DNA from: Macrostomum lignano
Taxonomy: Eukaryota
Direction of reading: 5' to 3'
Length of the DNA: 64,000 bases
Assembly: GCA_002269645.1 (NCBI GenBank)
Contig: NIVC01001780.1
Location: 173,999 to 237,998, forward strand
The position numbers were made by a program, and so were the translations under genes. The notes beneath the pieces are model-generated. The model made no database searches. It had not been told where the DNA came from and saw nothing but the letters and a program-made list of their open reading frames with translations. Shown piece by piece: positions 1-13,008 of this stretch (the stretch's first letter is position 1; the number at the start of each line of letters is the position of its first letter).

Positions 1-745
1 GGAGGGAGAGTAGATGGAAGATGGAGAAGGTAAGAGGGATAGAGGGTGGGGGATGGAGGGTGATAGGGAGAGGGATAGAGGGTGGGGGATGAAGGGTGAT
101 AGGGAGAGGGATAGAGGGTGGGGGATGGAGGGTGATAGGGAGAGGGATAGAGGGTGGGAGATGGAGGGTGATAGGGAGAGGGATAGAGGGTGGGGGATGG
201 AGGGTGATAGGGAGAGGGATAGAGGGTGGGGGATGGAGGGTGATAGGGAGAGGGATAGAGGGTGGGGATGTAGGGAGAAAGGGAGAGGGATAGAGGGTGG
301 GGGATGTAGGGAGAAAGGGAGAGGGATAGAGGGTGAGGGATGTAGGGAGAAAGGGAGAGGGATAGAGGGTGGGGGGTGGAGGGTGATAGGGAGAGGGATA
401 GAGGGTGGGGGATGGAGGGTGATAGGGAGAGGGATAGAGGGTGGGAGATGGAGGGTGATAGGGAGAGGGATAGAGGGTGGGGGATGGAGGGTGATGGGGA
501 GAGGGATAGAGGGTGGGAGATGGAGGGTGATGGGGAGAGGGATAGAGGGTGGGAGATGGAGGGTGATGGGGAGAGGGATAGAGGGTGGGAGATGGAGGGT
601 GATGGGGAGAGGGATAGAGGGTGGGGATGTAGGGAGAAAGGGAGAGGGATAGAGGGTGGGGGATGTAGGGAGAAAGGGAGAGGGATAGAGGGTGGGAGAT
701 GTAGGGAGAAAGGGAGATGGAGGGAGAGCGATGGGGAGGGCAGAG
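1..745. repeat. G-rich minisatellite, ~36-bp unit (GGAGAGGGATAGAGGGTGGGGGATGGAGGGTGATAG variants)
   Basis: The tandem unit is directly visible. The ORFs here ([12 protein letters not shown]) are repeat translations. Confidence 0.95.
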
Positions 746-1499
746 GAGGGGAGAGAGGCGGGCAGAAGGAAATGTTAATTCAGTAATTTTTTTAAATCAC
801 CTTCCAAAGCGAAATACATTGAGGAAAATCTGCATATAGCAGATTGGCCAGAGCTATCTCAGGACACTCATTGATAAATAAATAATTCTATTCACTGTAT
901 AGAACTGTAAAACACCGCTAACAACCGTTTGTTTTGATCCTACTGGGACTCAACAGTAAGTAAATTTCAGATTTGGCACTTTTACGGCAGAAACACAAAG
1001 AAAGAAGATACACAAACACAAACACACATTAATATTTGGACTTTGCACGCGAAAATTGACATTTCTTCGAAAACTGATTGCGTAATTTTAATCATGACTG
1101 TTTAAATTCTTGACGCAAATTTAAGCGTATATAAATTTGGCAAATTAGGTTGCTAAAAAGATTAGCTAACTATCTGATACAATAGGGATAGAGTTACGAT
1201 AGTAAGATAGTGAAATATAAACCGTCATTAAAGAATTTTAATTAGCAGTACTACTTACCAAGCAGTAGAAAAACTGGAAAAAAACAGATTCAGAAAGATG
1301 TTTTAATAATAAACAAAAGATATAGCAGTTGCCAGCACTACTTTAGATAGAAAGTAGTATGTAATTGCATTAGAGATGGCCAGCTTTAATTAGCAAGATA
1401 AATGAAGAAAACTTTAGTATCTAATTTTAAAGTAAAATAGTTGCGAGTAAAAAGTCTTTAACTCACTAATTCACTCTCAATTGTTTATTTTCACTTTAT

Positions 1500-2065
1500 T
1501 TTTGCCCTATGTCACTCTTTACTGTCTAATGTCACTCTTTACTGTCAAAGGTCACTCTTTATTGTCTAATGTCACTCTTTACTGTCTAATGTCACTCTTT
1601 ACTGTCCAATTTCTCTCTCTACTGTCTAATTTCACTCGTTACTGTCTAATTTCACTCTTTACTGTCTAATTTCACTCGTTACTGTCTTATTTCACTCTTT
1701 ACTCTCTAATTTCACTCTTTACTGTTTAATGTCACTATTTACTGTCTAATGTCATTCTTTACTGTCTAATGTCACTCTTTAATGTCTAATGTCACTCTTT
1801 ACTGTCTAATGTCACTCTTTACTGTCTAATGTCACTCTTTACTGTCCAATTTCTCTCTTTACTGTCCAATTTCTCTCTTTACTCTCTAATTTCACTCTTT
1901 ACTGTTTAATGTCACTATTTACTGTCTAATGTCACTCTTTACTGTCCAATGTCACTATTTACTGTCTAATGTCACTCTTTACTGTCCAATTTCACTATTT
2001 ACTGTCCAATACACTCTTTACTGTCTAATGTCACTCTTTACTGTCTAATTTCACTCTTTACTGTC
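1500..2065. repeat. 20-bp minisatellite (ACTGTCTAATGTCACTCTTT)n
   Basis: About 28 visible tandem units. Confidence 0.95.
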
Positions 2066-2164
2066 AAAAATTTATTTTTCAATATTATGATTTTTACTAC
2101 TAATGTTAGTTCTTATAGTAAACCTAGAATTAAAGAATGAATATCTCTCTTAACGATTACTCAC

Positions 2165-2595
2165 TCAGAAACCTGCACGCCAGTTGTTCCATCCGAGACG
2201 TCGGTAGCTCCTGACTCGCTCACCGAATGCGGCGACGACGAAAGCACAGTCTCCCAAATAGTGACCTTCTTGCGTGCCCGGCCCCCGAACCCGCCGCCGC
2301 CAACTCTCAGCAGAGAGCTCTTTAGCGGCTGCTGTCGGGCTGCCGAGCTGCTGGAGCCGACAGAATGCGGAGCCGGCGTAGCATCAGATGGGCCGCCGCC
2401 GCTAATAGCCGATGTGCTAGCGGTGTCGATTCGCAGCAGGCCAGTAGAATTTGATCGAGACTCTGGCGAGCTGATTGAACGATTCTGTTGAAATATTTGC
2501 TGCTGATGCTGACTAGAGGAATTACTTGTGTTACTGCTGTTGTTAGCAACGTGACCGCCGCCGCCGCCTTCGCCGTTGCCTTCCGTGGTAGACAT
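2165..2595 (-). CDS. Probable first coding exon of an unidentified gene (low-complexity Ser/Gly/Gln-rich N-terminus); gene continues leftwards
   Basis: GC-rich island in AT-rich DNA, ATG in good context (GACCATG), and the ORF ends at a canonical GTGAGT donor at 2164. No recognisable domain. Confidence 0.6.
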
Positions 2596-2754
2596 GGTCT
2601 TTTTGCCTAACTAAATAGGCGCTAAGACACTGTAGATTGTGGTTATGGTATGCATAGATTAATAGACTCTACTTAGTTAAGTAGTCTGATTAGTATATTC
2701 TTTTCAAATGTCCTATGTTTGTGGTGGAGGGTGTTATCGACTGTCTGCTGACCA

Positions 2755-3680
2755 CTTAGCTTTAATTTATCCCTGACGTGTTTGGTGTGGTGGGTGCTAT
2801 CGACTGGCTGCTTGCTGACCCAATTAACTCCAATTTATCGCTGGCGTGTTTGGGGTGGTGGGTGCTATCGACTGGCTGCTTGCTGACTCTTAACTCCAAT
2901 TTATCGCTGGCGTGTTTGGGGTGGTGGGTGCTATTGACTGTTTGCTGACTATTTAGCTCCAATTTATCGCTGGCGTGTTTGGGGTGGTGGGTGCTATTGA
3001 CTGGCTGCTTGCTGACCCTTAACTCCAATTTATCGCTGGCGTGCTTGGGGTGGTGGGTGCTATCGACTAGCTGCTGACCCAATTAACTCCAATTTATCGC
3101 TGGCGTGTTTGGGGTGGTGGGTGCTATTGACTCGCTGCTTGCTGACCTTTAACTCCAATTTATCGCTGGCGTGTTTAGGGTGGTGGGTGCTATCGACTAG
3201 CTGCTGATCCTTCAACTCGCACTTATCGCGGGCGTGTTTGGGGTGGTGGGTGCTATTGACTGGCTGCTTGCTGACCCTTAACTCCAATTTATCGCTGGCG
3301 TGCTTGGGGTGGTGGGTGCTATTGACTGGCTGCTGACCCAATTAACTCCAATTTATCGCTGGCGTGTTTTGGGTGGTGGGTGCTATCGACTGGCTGCTTG
3401 CTGACTCTTAAATCCAATTTATCGCTGGCGTGTTTGGGGTGGTGGGTGCTATTGACTGGCTGCTTGCTGACCCAATTAACTCCAATTTATCGCTGGCGTG
3501 TTTGGGGTGGTGGGTGCTATCGACTGGCTGCTTGCTGACTCTTAACTCCAATTTATCGCGGGCGTGTTTGGGGTGGTGGGTGCTATTGACTGGCTGCTAA
3601 CCATTTAGCTCCAATTTATCGCTGGCGTGTTTGGGGTGGTGGGTGCTATCGACTGGCTGCTGACCCTTTAAAGCGTGTTT
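2755..3680. repeat. ~59-bp tandem repeat (CCAATTTATCGCTGGCGTGTTTGGGGTGGTGGGTGCTATCGACTGGCTGCTTGCTGAC...)
   Basis: About 15 visible units with small length variants. Confidence 0.95.
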
Positions 3681-4944
3681 GGGGGTGGCGGGGGGGGGGT
3701 GGGTGCTATCTTAAACTTGCTGGCCCCTCTGCCTTAACAAATCTCTGGCGTCCTTTTATGAAGTAAGTGTTATCGACAGTCTGTCCTGAATTTTCTTCTT
3801 GAATCTAACTTTTGCACTTAAGTTAAAGAAAAAACCCAGAAGTAAGCCATCAAATAAATTTTGTGCATTCACGCATTTATTATTCATATATGTCAGTGGC
3901 AAAGTTAATTATAGTAGTATATATTATAGATGTTAATCGCAGCACACTGAATCGTTGCGCTCGCTCCCGCTGTTCATGATCGCAAAAGTTAGCGGACACA
4001 TTTTAAACAAGTTGGATAGATAAAAGAGACACAAACAGAGTCAGTTAGGCATACCATAGGAAAGAAACAAACAAAAAACGACACAAGAATGATAAAAAGA
4101 CATTAGAGTCAAAGCGCAAATAAATGTAAACACGTGCAACATACCACTCTGCTACTACTTAGAATATTAGTCAGCAAAGTAGTGCACAAAGAACAACACG
4201 CGTTCGCTTTTCATGCATTGTTTTAAAAAGCGTTTTTTTCAAGTTTTGTACAAAAGTTTTTATTTATTCAGAAAAAAACTGATTACCATCGGCAATAATT
4301 GTAGAAGCTGACACTGATAATTAAGTCGGTGCCAAAAAACAGACATTATTTGATTTATTATTAATACATGTGGAATCGGGAATCAAAAGTATAATATATA
4401 GCACATTCATTAGTAATCAACAAGCAATTCACAAAGACTTTTTAAAAGGGGAGAAAAAGTTACATTGGCAATAAAAATATTATGTTCCACAGACAGACAA
4501 GCGTAGGGATTAACTATCGAATAACTCACTGGGATAGCCGTTACGGGGGGGGGGGTCAGACTCTGCTCAAATGTATCTCGCATTACACATTAAATTATTA
4601 GAACTGAAGGAAATAAGACAAATGTTTGTCCAGTTTCACATCACTAACACATCAATAATAGGAAGATGCTCAATATATAATCATTAAGTTTTAATTGAAA
4701 GGCATAGAATATAGACACGGTGAAAACAATTAAAATTATTAGATTTGCATAGAAAGGAAAGCCGAGTCAAAACTAAAAACTACAAAACACGATTAGCAGT
4801 GTAATAACAACAAAACAAAGGAAAACAGTCTTAAAATATACACTAAAACAAAAAAGTTAAACAAAAAAATCTAAAAACTACGAGGGATGTTGCAAAAGCT
4901 TTCCGGACTGTGTTTCTTTCACTGTGTAAAACAATTTGACATCC

Positions 4945-5180
4945 TGGGTCGGGGGTTCGATTCTTGACCCACTCGGAACAATTAAATATTTGTGTCCTTG
5001 AGCAAGACACTTATCTCTGCATTGCTTCAGTTCACACAGCTGTAAATTGGGTGCCAGCATTAGCTGGGGTAATTGACGGTGTGTGTGGCGACCCCCCAGT
5101 CCTTGGACTGAACAGCCGTACGCAGCCTTCAGATGCGCCGCGCAAATAGCTGCGGCTGAGCTGTCGGTTGCACATCTGGC
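4945..5180 (+). mobile_element. tRNA-derived SINE family A, 5'-degenerate copy
   Basis: B box GGTTCGATTC; body is highly similar to the copies at 11984, 25802 and 28557. Confidence 0.85.
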
Positions 5181-5824
5181 CCAACTGTGGCAGGTGTAAT
5201 CAATTATTAATTATGATAATTCAATCAATCAGTAAACGTACAATCCACGAAAAATGATGCAGCACCCCTCGTATTAACTAAATATTAAAACATCAACAAC
5301 AGAATTCTGAATGATTCATAAAGATTTTATCTCATTGAAAATCAAACGCACAATAATTTTTTCTCAGAAATGATTTCAAAAACGAATCAAAATTCAATCA
5401 AAACAATCTCAAATACGTATACAGCTATTGAATCATAAAGCATAAAAATTCTAGAATAAAAACTGACAAAAAGCGGCTATCAACCTAAAAAGCAAGCAAG
5501 CGAATAAGCGAATACCATAGAAGACGCGGAGTTGATAAGCATTCAATTTTAATTATATAAAAACAAATGATTATATTGAAATAGTAGACTAATAAAAATC
5601 GCTTACAGAGGTACACACTGATTAAACTTTCTTCTTTTCTGCAACCAACACAAAATCAATTGTTGCTAAAAAGTTTTTGATTTATAACACGTTAAACCTA
5701 TTTATAATAGCTCGTAACTCTGCATTTACCATTTCTTTTTCATTGCAATTATCAGACAGAATCAGACTGTGCGGCAGCAGAAATCCTTTTCAATGAGCGC
5801 AAAGACAAGTCAGGCGAAGTTCAC

Positions 5825-6163
5825 TCAAGATTCCTCATCCTCTTCTTCATCCTCTTCTTCATCATCGTCTCCGCCCTGCATCTTGTTGGTGCCCCTGTCG
5901 CTATCAGTGTCCTGGAACCGGAACTCCGGTCCGGCCATGTCGATGGCCCATTGAAATTTCTCACGCTGCGTTTTGTTATAAACTTTCTCAACTGGAACGT
6001 TGAACCGGCGGCACCAGGCCACCGTGATGCGCGGGTCCAGGTAGTTTAGCTTGGACGTGCCCAGTGCGATCTCTTTGTTCTCGTCTTTGTCCGTCTTTTG
6101 CACTTTTAGCTTGAGCAGCTGATCTTCTAGGCGACGTAGGGCGGCCTTCTTCTTTTCGTAGGC
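5825..6163 (-). CDS. TOP1: DNA topoisomerase I (type IB), last exon with catalytic Tyr
   Basis: [45 protein letters not shown]. Acceptor TCATCAG| at 6164, phase 0, matching the upstream donor. Confidence 0.97.
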   Translation of the reverse strand, partial: AYEKKKAALRRLEDQLLKLKVQKTDKDENKEIALGTSKLNYLDPRITVAWCRRFNVPVEKVYNKTQREKFQWAIDMAGPEFRFQDTDSDRGTNKMQGGDDDEEEDEEEDEES

Positions 6164-6249
6164 CTGATGAATATTCGATAAGGTTGGAATTTTGTCTTAA
6201 TAGTCTAATTAGCCTTCAAGCTTTTTAATTAGGATAAAAATAGTCGGAG

Positions 6250-6745
6250 ATACACATAAACTGGGGTCATGACCTCGGAGATAACACCTAAACTAGGGTC
6301 ATGACCTCGGAGATAACACCTAAACTGGGGTCATGACCTCGGAGATAACACCTAAACTGGGGCCATGACCTCGGAGATAACACCTAAACTGGGGTCATGA
6401 CCTCGGAGATAACACCTAAACTGGGGTCATGACCTCGGAGATAACACCTAAACTGGGGTCATGACCTCGGAGATAACACCTAAACTGGGGCCATGACCTC
6501 GGAGATAACACCTAAACTGGGGTCATGACCTCGGAGATAACACCTAAACTGGGGCCATGACCTCGGAAATAACACCTAAACTGGGGCCATGACCTCGGAG
6601 ATAACTACACTAGGGTCATAAACTCGGAGATAACTACACTAGGGTCATAAACTCGGAGATAACTACACTAGGGTCATAAACTCGGAGATAACTACACTAG
6701 GGTCATGACCTCTGAGACAACTACACTAGGGTTATGACCTCGGGG
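6250..6745. repeat. ~32-bp intronic minisatellite (GGAGATAACACCTAAACTGGGGTCATGACCTC) in the TOP1 intron
   Basis: Visible tandem units that change to a ~29-bp variant at the 3' end. Confidence 0.95.
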
Positions 6746-6804
6746 ATACCAAAGTGTCAAAGTGCAAGAGTCCAAAGACAACTTCCATTTCACACAAAAC
6801 CCAC

Positions 6805-8727
6805 CTGTTTATTCTTGACGCTCTTCTGCCTCTTAGCAACCACCTTAGCTGCCTTAGCCTCACGTTTAGCTGCCTTGACCGCTTTCTCTTTCTCTTCCAC
6901 CTTTTTGTTGAGATTCTCCATTGACTTCTCGAAAGTCTTGGGCACGGCGCGCTGGTGATTGCAGAGTATGGCCACCTCGCGATTGGCCCGATTGTAGCTG
7001 AGAATCTTGGCGGCAACCGGTTCCTCGGGATTAGTGAGCTTGTCCAGCTGCTCCTCCAGCGTCTTACTGGCGTTGTACGTCCTGAACACCTTGGCGGTTA
7101 GACCGTCCATGAGCTCTTTGAGATGAGCATTCAATATGCTAGTGTTCAGCCGGTCAAACAAGTCGTCGCCCTCCTTCTTATTCTCCATAAAGAGGCGCAG
7201 ATTTTTGAAGACCCGCTTCTCAACAGGCACTGCATTGTTGTACCGAATCGAGTCTTTGCCAAGAAAGTCGAATTCGACAACGTAATTGCCCATCTCCGGA
7301 TGCTGCTTGTGCAGCTTGATGTGCTCGTAGCGCAGCGAGCAGCATCCAACAGTATCCGCTTCATCGTCATCCTTTTCATTACCAGCACGAAGCGCCAATT
7401 TGTCAATAAAGTACAGAGCAACAGCCCTCTGCCTGAGGCGCATCTCTTTGCTCTTTAAATCAGCTCGATACTGCGACCGGATCTTATCCACAACTTTGTG
7501 CAACTGTCTGGCTGTTTCGTACTTTTTCCAATCTTTTTCGCCTTTCAACCGACTGGCGGCATTCAGCATGACGTACTTGAAGTTGCCCTGCACATTCTCT
7601 ACCCAGCAAGCTAACCAGCTGACCGTGTTATCGTGACGGACCTCCTTCCACTTGCGACCGTCTGGCGGTTTGGGCACTTTCGAGTCTTTGCTACAGTTAA
7701 TAATGACATCCTCCGGACGGACTCGCCTCTTTAGTTTGCCCATTTTCGGATGATTACCCCGACCGCGGAACAGGCCGGGCGGTTCGATGCGAAAGTTAGC
7801 AATCTTCTGCTTGTGCCCATCCAGGGTGCACACTCCGTACTCTTTCATCAGGCGCTCATTCTCCTGTTTGAGTTTGAGTTTCTCCTCTTTACTGCGATTC
7901 TTGCGCTCCTCAGCCTGCTGAGTGAAGTACCGATGCATCTCTTTAAAGTCGCACTTCTTTAGGGACTTGATACGCTTCTGCTCGTCGTGAGTCATCACCG
8001 AGCGCCAGTCCTGGAAGAAATTATTATTGAACACATCCTTGCTAGTGTAGTCATGGTCCAGCATTCTGGCGTAGAAGCCAGCCACCTCCTCAGCCTCCGG
8101 CGACAACTGCATCGGTTCGCCATCGTAGTAGAATTTCACCGATTTGGGCAGCGGCTCGTAAGCGGGCGCGAACACCGGACCTTTGTGCTCGAGAAATTTC
8201 CACTTGGAACCGTCGCTAGGTTTGGCCTCCTCCCACCAGCGCCAGACTTCCGGCTCGTCTGGCTTGCCTTCCTTCTTCACGGGCTTTTTGTCCTTATTAA
8301 CTGTCGGCTTGGACTTCTCTTTAGCCTTGGCAGCGAGGCGCTCCTTTTCTTTCTCCTTCTCACGTCGCTTCTCTTTCTCCAGTTTCTTTTTCTTCTTCAA
8401 CTCTCTCCTAGCCGCAGCCGAGGCTGATGACGAAGACGCTTCAACGCCGTTGGATTCAATCGGCTCCTTTTTGACCTTCTTGCTAGACGGTTGGTCGCCG
8501 TTGGCTTCGGCGGAAGCTTTACCGCCAGACGAGGCGCCAGCAGTAGCGGCAGCGGCTGACGACGACTGCTCCGACGAAGGCGTCGGCGGCGGAGACGCTT
8601 TCCGCTTGGCGACGTTGAACTTCTTAGCTAGAGGCACGTCATCATCACTGCTGCTGGTATTGCCGTTTTTGAAATCGCCGGAACCGCCTGGCGCCAGCAT
8701 CGGCTCGCGTTTCACAGCAGCGGACAT
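6805..8727 (-). CDS. TOP1: DNA topoisomerase I, large first coding exon (641 codons; full protein ~753 aa)
   Basis: Hallmarks [67 protein letters not shown]. Donor CAG|GTGGGT at 6804. Confidence 0.97.
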
Positions 8728-8995
8728 GCTTTTATTTTAATAACAAAAATTGCTGTCTGCTGTGTCCGAATTTGAGATGCTAGTACTTTTAGAGTAGACT
8801 AGAAGAGGAGCCTGGATAGATAAGACGCTGTTATGCTAGAGTCTACTCAAATTTAGTTTAGCAACAACAACAATAACAACAGCGGGATACGGAACAGCAT
8901 GAATTGATAACACAAAGTTGAATATGACTAATAATGATAATATCAACTGAGCCTACCTACTTATATAGTAATGACTGGAGTTAATTACTGCACTA

Positions 8996-9045
8996 ATCGT
9001 TAGGCATGTACAATTTTACACTTTCTGTGCCTTGGGGATTGGCCT
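8996..9045 (-). mobile_element. 3' fragment of SINE family B
   Basis: ATCGTTAGGCATGTACA...GTGCCTTGGGG matches 11748-11790. Confidence 0.5.
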
Positions 9046-9677
9046 ATTCTATTTCTATACTTTTAAGGTATATAAAAGATACAAGATGAAAACAAACAGT
9101 TATAATTTGCACCGTCAAACTGACCAAAATTGACCACTTTATTGTAGTTAAATAAATCATAACCACACAAGGGAGGGAGAGAATAATTGGGGACGGTAAA
9201 AGTTGTTTCTTGGAAAATATATTTTTTGAAGGCTGACTTTACCTTTATCCAATTAAGTCATAGGGATAAATATTATATACTATAGGAGACATAAAAATCT
9301 TTTAATCAGGCTAAATCGATTATGTACTGAATCAAGCAATGTATTATGCTAGACGTATCGTCACATACTAGATATGGTATTAAAAAACGAAACATACTCT
9401 ACATAAACTGATCATGAAGTATGTGTTACAATCGAGGCAATCATATGTACTCAAATCACTAGCCTAGAGATACTAAAAAGCATACAAGTCATTAGCATTA
9501 TTATATTATTATTGGCACTCAGTAGTATAACTTGTTACTATACTACTTAAGCTAATGAGTAGTATCCACTTGAAATTAAACAACCACAAAATCATGATCG
9601 CAGGAACTCACTATAGGCATAGGAAACGTCTTTCTAACTACTACTCAGAATATACTACTGATTAGGAAAAAAGTAGT

Positions 9678-9777
9678 TTAAGAATTCACGGAAGCTGCGG
9701 GTTTCGCAGCGCTTCCGCCGCCGCCAGTGGCTCCTCCGGCGGGTTGTTTCTCTTCGATCTGTTTGCCCAGATACTCC
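9678..9777 (-). CDS. ATP6V1H: V-type proton ATPase subunit H, exon 6 (last)
   Basis: (W)EYLGKQIEEKQPAGG...VNS*. Acceptor TGCTAG|, phase consistent. Confidence 0.93.
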
Positions 9778-9883
9778 CTAGCAACGAATTTAGTAGTTAA
9801 AAATAAACATTATCAGCGTGTTCAAAAGACCAAATTCAAAATTCAAATTAAACAAGATATCCAACTTGGGTAAGACTGCTTAC

Positions 9884-9997
9884 CAATTATGAACCATAAT
9901 TTTCTGCACTGCAATGAGAGCATTGTAACGAACATTCGGATCTTCGCTAGACAGCATCTTCATCACCAGCTCTTTGGCGCCGAGCTGCTCAATCACT
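9884..9997 (-). CDS. ATP6V1H: V-ATPase subunit H, exon 5
   Basis: [44 protein letters not shown]| acceptor, |GTAAGC donor. Confidence 0.95.
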
Positions 9998-10079
9998 CTG
10001 GAATTTGAGTCAATTGTGCATTCTTAAAGTTTATGTTATGTTCTGGACTGATACTGCTGCGAATGAGCGGTGGCTCATA

Positions 10080-10915
10080 ACATGGCACTTAAATTAATGA
10101 TCATGCTAAGGTACTCTAGGGAGACCTGTAACAATGGTCCACTCATATAGGCTGGGCATACTATGACACTCGTATAGGCTCATACTATGACACTCGTATA
10201 GGCTCATACTATGACACTCGTATAGCCTCATACTATGACACTCGTATAGGCTCATACCATGACACTCGCATAGGCTCATATTATGACACTCGTATAGGCT
10301 CATACTATGACGCTCATACGGAATCAGACTATGACGCTCATACAGCCTCATACTATGACACTCGTATAGGCTCATACTATGACACTCGCATAGGCTCATA
10401 CTATGACACTCGTATAGGCTCATACTATGACACTCGTATAGGCTCATATTATGACACTCGTATAGGCTCATACTATGACACTCGTATAGGCTCATACTAT
10501 GACACTCGTATAGGCTCATACCATGACACTCGTATAGGCTCATACTATGACACTCGTATAGGCTCATACTATGACACTCGTATAGGCTCATACCATGACA
10601 CTCGTATAGGCTCATACTATGACGCTCATACGGAATCAGACTATGACGCTCATACAGCCTCATACTATGACGCTCATACGGAATCAGACTATGACGCTCA
10701 TATAGGCTCATACTATGACACTCATACAGCCTCATACTATGACGCTTATACGGAATCAGACTATGACGCTCATTAAGGCTCATACAATCACGTTCGTTAA
10801 GGCTTATACTATGACGCTCATATAAGCCCAAACCATGACACTTATACAGGCTTATATTATGACGCTCATTAAGGCTCATACTATGACGCTGATAAACAGA
10901 AGTATATTATATGAC
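10080..10915. repeat. 24-bp intronic minisatellite (CATACTATGACACTCGTATAGGCT)n
   Basis: More than 30 visible units; source of the MSLYECHS ORF. Confidence 0.95.
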
Positions 10916-11044
10916 GCTACTTAAGAATGTCATTCTAAATTTATAACTCTTTTATAACTCGAAAAAACTCACACAATGAAAATGAAAGGATTATACAATA
11001 ACCAGGATAAGAGGGAGGCTCATCTATAATAAGCCAGCACTCAC

Positions 11045-11536
11045 GTCTTGCCCCTGGGATAATGCCGGACATACTCGCCAACATCGTGAGCAGCCACGCA
11101 CAGCACTAGCGAATCCTTGCTGCTCTCCAGCAATCGAACAAGAATCTTCAACAGTTCATAGTTGCGCTCATTCAGTCTGATGGCATTCTCGCGCCAGAAC
11201 CGCTCAGACTTGTGCACCGGACTCCATTCGAGTCGGCCTGCCTTGAGCTCGCTGGCGTACTCATCGAACGAGCTCAAATCGTGAATAGAATTGCTCAACA
11301 CTTCAACAAGATATTTGAGATCATCTTCGTGCTCAATATCGTCGTACTTCTTCTGGGCTAAGAGTTCAACCTGTTTGAGCACTTTGCAGTGAACCATGGC
11401 CAATGCGCTCTCCTGGGTGAGCTGGGAGTCGGCCGGCTTCTCAAGCAGATGACGAAAGAATGCGCACACAATGCGGTTCACCTTCTCCTTCTCGGATTCG
11501 CACAGGATGTCTGCGCAGATTGGGATCAGGTTGTAC
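11045..11536 (-). CDS. ATP6V1H: V-ATPase subunit H, exon 4
   Basis: [22 protein letters not shown]...[32 protein letters not shown]...[16 protein letters not shown]. Canonical splice sites. Confidence 0.97.
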
Positions 11537-11740
11537 CTGCGGAGTGGGGTGAAGTTTAATTGGGATAGTTAGTTATAATCAGCTACTCATTTGTGCAGCA
11601 GTAGTATCATTAGAATATAGTAGGAAAATAGTATTATATAATTGGTGCCGTGTGCACCCTAGCGCACTTTAAGCGACATTGTCGCACAACCGGCGAGAGG
11701 CATTGCTGCCTATTTCGCAGGAGTGTACAGCGGCCCTAAC

Positions 11741-11927
11741 TTTATTTATCGTTAGGCATGTACACTTCATTGTGCCTTGGGGGGTTGGCCCTAAAGGGCG
11801 TTAATTGCACGAGCAGAGCCAAGCGGAGATTCCAATTCAGCCCCAAATTAATGTGACTGCACTTGGAATCGAGCCTGGGTCGCTGGCACATCAGAGCGCC
11901 GCGCCAGACCACTGGGCTACCAGCGCC
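11741..11927 (-). mobile_element. tRNA-derived SINE family B
   Basis: Minus strand starts GGCGCTGGTAGCCCAGTGG (A box) ... GGCTCGATTCC (B box), then a non-tRNA body ending ATAAATAAA. The 3' part recurs at 8996. Confidence 0.65.
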
Positions 11928-11983
11928 TTAGTAGTATATAGATACTACTTAGTAATTATTCTCGTAGTAGTAGGTTAAATGGC

Positions 11984-12259
11984 CAGATGTGCAACCGACA
12001 GCTCAGCCGCAGCTATTGCGCGGCGCATCTGAAGGCTGCGTACGGCTGTTCAGTCAAGGACTGGGGGGGTCGCTACACACACCCTCAATTATTACCCAAG
12101 CTAATGCTGGCACCCATTTTACAGCTGGGTGAACTGAAGCAATGCAGAGATAAGTCTCTTGCTCAAGGAATGACACAAAGTGTTCCCGAGTGGGTGGAGA
12201 ATCGAACCCCCGACCTTTCAGTGGTGAGTCGGACGCTCTAAGCACTAGGCTATAACTTC
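11984..12259 (-). mobile_element. SINE family A, full-length copy (intronic)
   Basis: A box TAGCCTAGTG, B box GGTTCGATTC, CORE-like central block and shared 3' end. Confidence 0.9.
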
Positions 12260-12403
12260 CCTTTACAAGAAGTAGTGGTATTGCTAGTGTTTTTATAATA
12301 GCAGTAGCATGAAGAAGTATTAGGCGCACTACTAATAATGAAGAGTAGTATGCCTATCGATTCTTTCAACAATTCAACAATTACAATAACAAGGGCGACT
12401 AAC

Positions 12404-12609
12404 TTTTTCATTCTGGCAACAATGTCGGCATCGAAGCTTAAGCACCACAGGCAGAACACCAGCTGGTATTGAATCTGATAATTCACTTTGCCGCTGAGCA
12501 CGTTGGCTAGAGTGCCAATGCCGTCAATATCGCAGAACACCTGCCTGTACTGGCTCACCCGCAGCAGCATTTGAAGGCAGCGAGCTACCGTCTGTAGGTA
12601 TTCGTTTGA
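12404..12609 (-). CDS. ATP6V1H: V-ATPase subunit H, exon 3
   Basis: SNEYLQTVARCLQMLLRVSQYR...YQIQYQLVFCLWCLSF. CCCCAG| acceptor, |GTTAGT donor. Confidence 0.95.
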
Positions 12610-12699
12610 CTGGGGAAGTGGGTAGATTAAATTTGTACTTTTAATATATCGTAATTAAAACATATTGAATATCCACTAATGAGATACAGCAAATTATCT

Positions 12700-12995
12700 C
12701 ATAATCCATAATAGAGATGGATAGTCAGGATAGACAGTGAGATAGAGATGGATAATGAGGATAGACAGTGAGATAGAGATGGATAATGAGGATAGAAAGT
12801 GAGATAGAGATGGATAATGAGGATAGACAGTGAGATAGAGATGGATAATGAGGATAGAAAGTGAGTTAGAGATAGATAATGAGGATAGACAGTGAGATAG
12901 AGATGGATAATGAGAATAGACAGTGAGATAGAGATGGATACTGAGGATAGACAGTGAGTTAGAGATGGATAATGAGGATAGGAAGTGAGATAAGC
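12700..12995. repeat. ~31-bp intronic minisatellite (GAGATAGAGATGGATAATGAGGATAGACAGT)
   Basis: About 9 visible units. Confidence 0.9.
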
Positions 12996-13008
12996 ACAGG
13001 TATCTCAC

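Noticed and set aside
2755-3680. CRISPR-like appearance of regular repeats (here and at other arrays)
   Set aside because: Units are head-to-tail without unique spacers, there are no cas genes, and the context is eukaryotic.
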